NCBI RefSeq assembly: GCF_052114165.1
Contig: NZ_JBFREF010000009.1
Coordinates: forward strand, 413,623-437,622
Reading direction: 5' to 3'
From: Pseudoduganella sp. RAF19
GTDB taxonomy: Bacteria > Pseudomonadota > Gammaproteobacteria > Burkholderiales > Burkholderiaceae_D
Length of the DNA stretch: 24,000 bases
The position numbers and the translations under genes are program-made. Numbering within the stretch: position 1 is the stretch's first letter; each line of letters begins with the position of its first letter. This document shows, one piece after another, positions 1-5,644 of the stretch. The notes beneath the pieces were generated by a model. It searched no databases and was not told the DNA's origin. It saw only the letters and a list, made by a program, of their open reading frames with translations.

Positions 1-325
1 CCGTCACCGTGGGGTGAGGCGCGCCGCCCCAATAATCCTGCACCACGCTCCAGATCCGTTCGAATGTCGATTGCGGATCGACCATGAACACCGTCACGTC
101 AACCACATCGTCGAACGAACTGTTGGCGGCGCCCAGGATCGCGTTCAGGTTCTGGAAAGCCAGCCGGACCTGGGCTTCCAGATCCGGCTCGGGCGAGCCG
201 TCTTCGCGGCTGCCGACCTGGCCGGAAACGAACAGGAATCCATTCGAGCGCACCGCCGGGGAATAGCGGTTCTTTTCATACAGCGCCTGGCGGCCGGGTG
301 GAAAAACAACATCGCGTTGTGTCAT
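1..325 (-). CDS. RidA/YjgF/TdcF (endoribonuclease L-PSP) family protein; C-terminal end cut by the left window edge
   Basis: This gene is absent from the supplied ORF track because it runs off the window. My reverse-complement translation from the ATG at 325..323 gives MTQRDVVFPPGRQALYEKNRYSPAVRSNGFLFVSGQVGSREDGSPEPDLEAQVRLAFQNLNAILGAANSSFDDVVDVTVFMVDPQSTFERIWSVVQDYWGGAPHPTVT... It carries the family-typical YSPAV..G.LFVSGQ and DVV.VTVF..D blocks. A GGAGAG Shine-Dalgarno (complement of 331..336) lies 5 nt upstream. The gene is divergent from a LysR gene. The competing + strand ORF 14..361 has an R/H/Q-rich nonsense-like composition. Confidence 0.8.
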   Translation of the reverse strand, partial: MTQRDVVFPPGRQALYEKNRYSPAVRSNGFLFVSGQVGSREDGSPEPDLEAQVRLAFQNLNAILGAANSSFDDVVDVTVFMVDPQSTFERIWSVVQDYWGGAPHPTVT

Positions 326-339
326 TGCAGCTCTCCATT

Positions 340-357
340 AGTTTGCATATCCAAACT
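340..357. promoter_or_regulatory. Dyad AGTTTG-CATATC-CAAACT in the RidA/LysR divergent intergenic region (candidate LysR-type binding site)
   Basis: Read directly: the arm at 340..345 is the exact reverse complement of 352..357, with a 6-nt spacer. It sits just upstream of the RidA ribosome-binding site. The GTTTG/CAAAC half-sites recur at 404..422. Confidence 0.4.
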
Positions 358-403
358 GTAGCCATGCTGCTCCAACCAATAAATAGGTAAGCCCCACCAG
401 CAC

Positions 404-422
404 TGTTTGTATAATCCAAACA
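404..422 (+). promoter_or_regulatory. Dyad TGTTTG-TATAATC-CAAACA containing a perfect TATAAT -10 hexamer (410..415) that ends 7 nt before the LysR ATG
   Basis: Read directly: 404..409 is the reverse complement of 417..422. TATAAT lies at 410..415. No purine-rich Shine-Dalgarno occurs between 408 and 422. I could not find a convincing -35. Confidence 0.4.
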
Positions 423-1331
423 ATGGACCGATTCGATGCGATGAAGGCTTTCGTGCGCGTGGTGGAAACCGGCAGCTTTACCAAGGCGGCCGACACCCTG
501 CACATGAGCCGAGCCACGGTAACACAGCTGGTGCAGCAGCTGGAAGCGCGGTTGCGCGTGAAGCTGCTCAATCGCACCACGCGCCAGGTCAACGTCACTG
601 CGGACGGCAACGCCTATTACGAGCGCATCGTGCCCTTGCTGGCAGAGCTGGACGATGTGGAAACCGGCCTGCCGGGCGCATCATCGCTGCCCAAAGGCTT
701 GCTGCGCGTGGACGTGCCCAGCCCGCTTGCCAGCATGATCCTGGTGCCCGCCTTGCCCGACTTTTATGCCCGCTATCCCGACCTGCAGCTCGACCTTGGC
801 GTGAGCGACCGCATGGTGGACCTGATTGGCGAAAACGTGGATTGCGTCCTGCGCGGTGGCGAGCTCAGCGACCAGTCACTGATGGCGCGCAAAGTGGCGG
901 ACTTGCCACTCGGCGTCTACGCAGCGCCGGCCTATCTGGCGCAAGCCGGTACGCCGGTGCATCCAGCCGAACTGGAAAATGAAAGGCACCGCATCGTCAG
1001 CTTCAACTGGTCGCCCGCCGGAAAGGGTTTTCCCTACGAACTATCACGCGATGGCGAACGCATAAAAGTGCAAAGCCGCCACGCGCTGGCCATCGATGAT
1101 GGCAACGCTTACCTCGCCGCCGGTTTGGCGGGCTTGGGCGTGCTATGGCTGCCCGACTACATGGCGCGAAAGTACGCGGCAAGTGGCGAACTGGTGCGGC
1201 TGTTTGCCGACTGGCGCATCGATCCGATGCCGCTCTACCTTGCTTTCCCCGCCAACCGCCACATCAGCAAAAAGCTGCGCGTGTTTATCGATTGGGTGGT
1301 GGCGCTGATGGGGCAGCACGCATATCGATAG
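423..1331 (+). CDS. LysR-family transcriptional regulator
   Basis: 302-aa ORF. The N-terminus MDRFDAMKAFVRVVETGSFTKAADTLHMSRATVTQLVQQLEARLRVKLLNRTTRQVNVTADG is the canonical LTTR winged-HTH. It is followed by a substrate-binding-type C-terminal domain. The arrangement divergent from a small-metabolism gene is classic for the family. Confidence 0.9.
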   Translation: MDRFDAMKAFVRVVETGSFTKAADTLHMSRATVTQLVQQLEARLRVKLLNRTTRQVNVTADGNAYYERIVPLLAELDDVETGLPGASSLPKGLLRVDVPSPLASMILVPALPDFYARYPDLQLDLGVSDRMVDLIGENVDCVLRGGELSDQSLMARKVADLPLGVYAAPAYLAQAGTPVHPAELENERHRIVSFNWSPAGKGFPYELSRDGERIKVQSRHALAIDDGNAYLAAGLAGLGVLWLPDYMARKYAASGELVRLFADWRIDPMPLYLAFPANRHISKKLRVFIDWVVALMGQHAYR

Positions 1332-1893
1332 AACGGGCAATACGGCGCTGCGTGATTTCCAGAATCCGGTCGGAAAATTCCGGATCATCGAGCATGCGCG
1401 CAACCGTCAGCGCGCCGACCATATTGGTGATCAGGCTGAGCGCCACGTCGCTGCGTTCTTCGCCATCGTGCTCCAGCATGAAGGGTGAGACTGTTTCGAT
1501 AATCTTCTTGAAGTTATTGGTCGCCACATGCCGCGTTTCCCCGGCTGCGCGCACCAGTTCGCTGCCCATGGCCGCCAGCGGACAGCCATCTTCCATATTG
1601 TCGCGATAGTCCTTCGTCATGTAGTCATGGAAGACGCTCAGCATTGCCTTGGCGCCTTGGTCAGCGGCAGCCTTGGAATCCCTCAGCAGATTCTTATCGG
1701 ACGCGGACATCGCCTCGGTAACCAGCTGATCTTTAGAGCTGAAGTGGCGATAAAACCCGCCATGGCTCAGCCCAGCCGTCGCCATGATCTGCGCCACTCC
1801 GGTGGCCTCGATACCCTGTTTCCGGAATGCCCTGGCTGCGATCTCGACGATTCGCTTCCGGGTTTCTGCGGTTTCCACTTTCGATTTCTTCAT
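1285..1893 (-). CDS. TetR/AcrR-family transcriptional regulator
   Basis: 202-aa ORF. The N-terminus ETRKRIVEIAARAFRKQGIEATGVAQIMATAGLSHGGFYRHFSSKDQLV is the TetR HTH signature. The gene is divergent from an MFS transporter. Its 3' end overlaps the convergent LysR gene by 47 nt. Confidence 0.9.
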   Translation of the reverse strand: MKKSKVETAETRKRIVEIAARAFRKQGIEATGVAQIMATAGLSHGGFYRHFSSKDQLVTEAMSASDKNLLRDSKAAADQGAKAMLSVFHDYMTKDYRDNMEDGCPLAAMGSELVRAAGETRHVATNNFKKIIETVSPFMLEHDGEERSDVALSLITNMVGALTVARMLDDPEFSDRILEITQRRIARSIDMRAAPSAPPPNR

Positions 1894-1911
1894 GCGCTGC
1901 TCCTGCTGATC

Positions 1912-1930
1912 ATGGCTACATCATAGCCAT
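1912..1930. promoter_or_regulatory. Inverted repeat ATGGCTA-CATCA-TAGCCAT in the TetR/MFS divergent intergenic region (candidate TetR operator)
   Basis: Read directly: perfect 7-bp arms with a 5-nt spacer, starting 19 nt upstream of the TetR start codon. It lies in an AT-rich 141-bp divergent promoter region. Confidence 0.4.
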
Positions 1931-2034
1931 TCTATTTTTTAGTGCAAGGCCATCATCTATCCTTTGACTTTTTAGATTGCGAGTCCTATTATTAGCCAGG
2001 TTAGTGAAATGTCGTCATCTAAAATTAAGGACTC

Positions 2035-3216
2035 ATGACCATGGACAAGCGCCTATTGATACTGGCTTTAGGAATGTTTGCGCTGGGGACGGACAGCTTT
2101 GTGGTTGCCGGTGTGTTACCCGAAATCTCGCATGCCTTCAACGTCAATGCCGGTCTGGCTGGACAGCTGACCACGGTGTACGCCATCGCCTACGCCCTGC
2201 TGTCGCCGACCATCGCGGCGCTGGCCGCCTCGGTGCCACGGAAAAAACTGATGCTGTCCGGTCTGGCCACCTTCATCGTCGCCAACCTGGTGACTGCCGT
2301 GGCGCCAAACTTCACTGTCGCCCTGCTATCGCGTGCCTTGGCTGGACTGGGCGCCGCTATGTACGCGCCAACTGCCACCGGCACCGGCGCCATGATTGTG
2401 AAGCCTGAACAGCGCGGCCAGGCGCTGACCATCATCGTCGCCGGACTGACTGCTGCGACCGCACTGGGCTCGCCCATGGGCACCGTCATCGGCGGCCTGG
2501 GTGATTGGCGCTGGACCATGGTGTTCGTCTCGGCAGTCGGTCTGATCGCTGCGACGGGCATCTCCATTCTGCTGAAAGACATTCCGATGCCGCCGAAAGT
2601 GAGCCTGTCGGCGCGCCTTGCACCGTTGAGTGACGCGCGGGTCGGCCTGGTGCTGATCACCACGCTGCTGGCCATGGCCGGCAATTTCGTGATCTACACC
2701 TACTTCTCCGTGGTCTTCGATCGCATTCTGACCAGCACCGCTTTGTTTGGTGCGCTGCTGGTACTGTGGGGCGCTGGCGGAACGGTGACCAATGTGGCCT
2801 TGTCTCGTCTGCTGGATAAATTCGGCCCACGCTGGGTGCTGATCGGCATGCTCTCCGTGCTCGTCGTCGACATGGCGCTGCTGCCATTGGCAAGCGGCCA
2901 TCTGTGGTCGGCGGTGATTGCTATCGGTGTGTGGGGCGTGGCGGGATGGGGCATCATCGGCCCGCAGCAATATCGCCTGGTGAACATCGCCCCAACCATT
3001 GCACCTGTGGTCCTTGGGCTCAACACCGCAGCAACCTATCTTGGCGTGACGGCGGCAGGCGTGCTGGGCGCCGCAGGTCTGCATGTTTTGGGCGGACACA
3101 ATCTCGGCTACTTCGCAGTCGTGCTGTTCGCGTTGACCATCGTGACGTCGGAGCTGGCGGCGCGCCGCATTGAGGGCGATGACCTCGATGCGGCCAACGC
3201 CGTGCCGTCAAAGTAA
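2035..3216 (+). CDS. MFS transporter (drug/metabolite efflux-type, about 12 predicted hydrophobic segments)
   Basis: 393-aa ORF that is hydrophobic throughout. The N-terminus LLILALGMFALGTDSFVVAGVLPEISHAF is typical of the purine/arabinose-efflux-like MFS group. An AAGG lies 4 nt upstream of the ATG at 2035; an alternative ATG is at 2041. The gene is divergent from the TetR gene. Confidence 0.85.
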   Translation: MTMDKRLLILALGMFALGTDSFVVAGVLPEISHAFNVNAGLAGQLTTVYAIAYALLSPTIAALAASVPRKKLMLSGLATFIVANLVTAVAPNFTVALLSRALAGLGAAMYAPTATGTGAMIVKPEQRGQALTIIVAGLTAATALGSPMGTVIGGLGDWRWTMVFVSAVGLIAATGISILLKDIPMPPKVSLSARLAPLSDARVGLVLITTLLAMAGNFVIYTYFSVVFDRILTSTALFGALLVLWGAGGTVTNVALSRLLDKFGPRWVLIGMLSVLVVDMALLPLASGHLWSAVIAIGVWGVAGWGIIGPQQYRLVNIAPTIAPVVLGLNTAATYLGVTAAGVLGAAGLHVLGGHNLGYFAVVLFALTIVTSELAARRIEGDDLDAANAVPSK

Positions 3217-3356
3217 GCCTTGTAATCGTTGGTGAAATCCAAACGCTGCGTCCGAGCGGGATGGCTCTGCAAGCGTGAATGTGTTGGACATAATCAGATC
3301 CGCCGATCTTCTCCCGGGTCGTAACGGCCGACCGTTTCCAAAAAAAGGATCAACAC

Positions 3357-4088
3357 ATGAAGCTTAAAGAAGTTCGCCGGATCGCGGCAGCTGTCGCTAT
3401 TGCGTTCGTTGCTGCGGCGCTGCCGGCCTCACCAACCTTCGCAGCTGCCCCGCAGCCAGGCTATGCCAAGGAGAGCCGTGAACTCATCACCAAGGACAAC
3501 TCCGTCCTCATCCTGATCGACCACCAGCCGCAAACCATCTTCGGCATCGCCTCGCACGACCGCCAGACGATCATCAACAACGTCGAAGCGCTGGCCAAAA
3601 CCGCCAAGGCCTTCGGTATTCCGACCATCCTGACCACGGTGGCTGCCAATACATTCACCGGCCCGCTGATCCCCGAAATCCGCAAGGTGTTCCCGGACCA
3701 GGAAGTGTATGACCGCACTTCGTTGAACGCATGGGCCGACAAGCGCATCGTCGATGCCGTGAAGAAGACCGGCCGCAAGAAGCTGATCTTCGCCGGCACC
3801 TGGACGGAGCTGTGCCTGGCCCTGCCGGTGCTCTCCGCAATTGAAGCGGGCTATGAAGTCTACTTCGTGGCCGATGCCTCCGGCGGCTCCAGCGTCGAAG
3901 CACACCAGCTGGGTATTCAGCGTATGGTGCAAGCGGGCGCACGCCCAATGACCTGGATCGGCGTGATCTCCGAACTGCAATACGACTGGAGCAACCAGGC
4001 GACCTATGACGCCGTCACCAAGATCGTGACGGAGCATGGCGGTTCGTGGGGCGTCGGCATCAACTACAGCCGCTCGCTGCGCAAGTAA
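3357..4088 (+). CDS. Isochorismatase-family (cysteine) hydrolase, YcaC-like, with N-terminal export signal
   Basis: 243-aa ORF. ILIDHQPQ, PTILTT, KLIFAGTWTELCLALPVLSAIEAGYEVYFVADASGG and MTW closely parallel E. coli YcaC as I recall it (LLVDHQ, PTILTT, IIAGVVTEVCVAFPALSAIEEGFDVFVVTDASG). The N-terminus MKLKEVRRIAAAVAIAFVAAALPASPTFAAAP looks like a signal peptide. An AAGGA Shine-Dalgarno lies about 9 nt upstream. Confidence 0.85.
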   Translation: MKLKEVRRIAAAVAIAFVAAALPASPTFAAAPQPGYAKESRELITKDNSVLILIDHQPQTIFGIASHDRQTIINNVEALAKTAKAFGIPTILTTVAANTFTGPLIPEIRKVFPDQEVYDRTSLNAWADKRIVDAVKKTGRKKLIFAGTWTELCLALPVLSAIEAGYEVYFVADASGGSSVEAHQLGIQRMVQAGARPMTWIGVISELQYDWSNQATYDAVTKIVTEHGGSWGVGINYSRSLRK

Positions 4089-4097
4089 TCAGGCATG

Positions 4098-4125
4098 ACC
4101 GCCTTCATCCCAGATCGAAGGCGGT
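4098..4125 (+). terminator. Hairpin ACCGCCTTC-(10 nt)-GAAGGCGGT followed by TACTTT; candidate intrinsic terminator of the hydrolase gene
   Basis: Read directly: a perfect 9-bp stem beginning 10 nt after the stop at 4088. The downstream T-tract is weak. The hairpin overlaps the last codons of the convergent LysR gene. Confidence 0.45.
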
Positions 4126-5016
4126 TACTTTGGGCAGTTCCGCCGCGAGAAAATCGACGAAGGAACGCACTGCCGGCAGGCGGCCTTTGCGATAGGGGAT
4201 CAGTGCCGAGATACGCGCCTCCGATGCGATCCAGCCCGGCAGGATGTGGCGCAAGGTCCCCTTCTCCAATTCGTCGCGGCAGATATAACCCGGCAGGGCG
4301 GCCACGCCGACATTGGAGCAGGCTGCCTCTTTCAGGGAAATCAGATTATTGCTCTGGAAGCGCGGTGTGAACGCCACGGTCTGCTGGCGTCCGTTCGGCC
4401 CGTGCATTTTCCATTGCGGCGGTCCTTTGCGGACAATCGACACAATGCTGTGCAAGCCAAGGCACTCCGGATCGTCCGGCTCCGAATGCCGTTCCAGGTA
4501 CCCAGGCCCCGCGAACAGGCACCAGGGCGCTTCGGCGATGGGACGCTGCACCAGTTCCGAATCCTGCAGGCGCGAGCCGTGGCCGCGCAGCGCGAGGTCG
4601 AAGCCCTCGCCGACGATGTCCACCAGCCGGTCGGTGGCATTCTCCTGAATGGTGACTTTGGGGTGCAGGCTCAGAAAACGCGGCAAGGCTTCCCGCAAAA
4701 GATACTGCGAGATCTCCACCGGTGACGTGATGCGGATAATACCGCTCGGCTCCGCCAGCCGCTGGCGCATCGCTTCCTCCGCGCAGTGCGAACTTTCCAG
4801 CAACGTCAACGCGTGCTGGTAAAACTCCGCACCCACTTCGGTCACGCCGAACTGCCGCGAGGTACGGTTCAGCAGGCGCACGCCCAGCGACGATTCCAGT
4901 TCCTTGATGCGATGACTGAGCGTGGACTTGTGCAGGCCGAGGGCCTCGCTCGCGGCGGTGAATCCACCTCGGTCAACGACCTGCACAAAGAAAAACACAT
5001 CCTTCAAGTCCAACAT
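4105..5016 (-). CDS. LysR-family transcriptional regulator
   Basis: The ORF track gives 4105..5121 (338 aa). However, the LTTR HTH begins at the internal Met: MLDLKDVFFFVQVVDRGGFTAASEALGLHKSTLSHRIKELESSLGVRLLNRTSRQFGVTEVG. I therefore place the start at the ATG at 5016..5014 (303 aa). The 35-aa upstream extension has no family counterpart. Confidence 0.9.
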   Translation of the reverse strand: MLDLKDVFFFVQVVDRGGFTAASEALGLHKSTLSHRIKELESSLGVRLLNRTSRQFGVTEVGAEFYQHALTLLESSHCAEEAMRQRLAEPSGIIRITSPVEISQYLLREALPRFLSLHPKVTIQENATDRLVDIVGEGFDLALRGHGSRLQDSELVQRPIAEAPWCLFAGPGYLERHSEPDDPECLGLHSIVSIVRKGPPQWKMHGPNGRQQTVAFTPRFQSNNLISLKEAACSNVGVAALPGYICRDELEKGTLRHILPGWIASEARISALIPYRKGRLPAVRSFVDFLAAELPKVTAFDLG

Positions 5017-5056
5017 TGCCTTGTCCTGGGGTTCGCTTGGGGTTTGAATGGTAACG

Positions 5057-5081
5057 CAAACATATGACATGTCATCGTTTG
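5057..5081. promoter_or_regulatory. Perfect 12-bp palindrome ATGACATGTCAT (5064..5075) flanked by CAAAC / GTTTG; candidate operator in the LysR/LuxR divergent region
   Basis: Read directly. The flanking pair CAAAC (5057..5061) and GTTTG (5077..5081) extends the symmetry with a 1-nt asymmetry. The palindrome lies 48 nt upstream of the LysR ATG and 77 nt upstream of the LuxR-type ATG. Confidence 0.4.
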
Positions 5082-5151
5082 TATTTGTCGAACGCTGCGT
5101 CCAATCCACTTTACTTCTCAAACGATATGAGGCCGCTAAGATTGCTCAGAT

Positions 5152-5394
5152 ATGGAAACCAGAACGATTGGCGGCCTGCCGGAATGCCTGCTGTCCGGCC
5201 GCGAAACCGAAGTCCTGCAGCATGCGGCTCACGGCAATTCGAACAAGCGCATCGCGCGCAAGATGGACATTTCGGAACAGACAGTGAAAAGTCATATGAA
5301 GAGCATTCTGTCGAAGTTGACTGCCAACGACCGCACCCATGCGGTCACCATCGCGCTGAAGCGGGGCATCATCGACCTTTATTCAGGCCTTTAA
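5152..5394 (+). CDS. Stand-alone LuxR/GerE-type helix-turn-helix transcriptional regulator (80 aa, no sensor or receiver domain)
   Basis: LSGRETEVLQHAAHGNSNKRIARKMDISEQTVKSHMKSILSKLTANDRTHAVTIALKRGII matches the LuxR C-terminal/GerE HTH pattern (L[TS]xRExEVL ... IA..L.IS..TVK.H...I..KL...R..AV). I saw no obvious Shine-Dalgarno, which lowers confidence slightly. Confidence 0.75.
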   Translation: METRTIGGLPECLLSGRETEVLQHAAHGNSNKRIARKMDISEQTVKSHMKSILSKLTANDRTHAVTIALKRGIIDLYSGL

Positions 5395-5644
5395 ATTTTC
5401 ACAAACTTGTGCCAGAATGATTTCAAGCACTCACTGAAGAGCAACAACAAAAATCGTGTTTGATCTGGTGTCACCTGCGCTTTTCGCGCCTTCCGCGCAC
5501 CCTCTGGCCCGGCCGGTTCATGCCCGCCCACTCCCCTCGAATTTGCCTGTCACGGCACCGCCGCGCCGCTGACGTTCGCGCGCGCCCACTGCGTCGCCGC
5601 GACGCATCCGTATTTCCAGTCTTATCCACAACCGAAAGGTTTGT

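Noticed and set aside
14-361. 115-aa plus-strand ORF at the left edge, plus ORF 407..982 (191 aa) overlapping the LysR gene out of frame
   Set aside because: The minus strand of 1..325 encodes a clear RidA-family sequence with a good Shine-Dalgarno. The 423..1331 frame encodes a canonical LysR HTH. The alternative frames are Arg/Ala/Gly-rich with no motifs.
5017-5121. N-terminal extensions offered by the ORF track: LysR to 5121, SDR from 9382, GcvPB-like to 22820, GH63 to 17485
   Set aside because: In each case the conserved family N-terminus begins at an internal start. That internal start has better context: a Shine-Dalgarno, an ATGA coupling, or a signal peptide beginning right after the Met. 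The extensions cross intergenic or neighbouring-gene sequence. The GH63 start remains the least certain.
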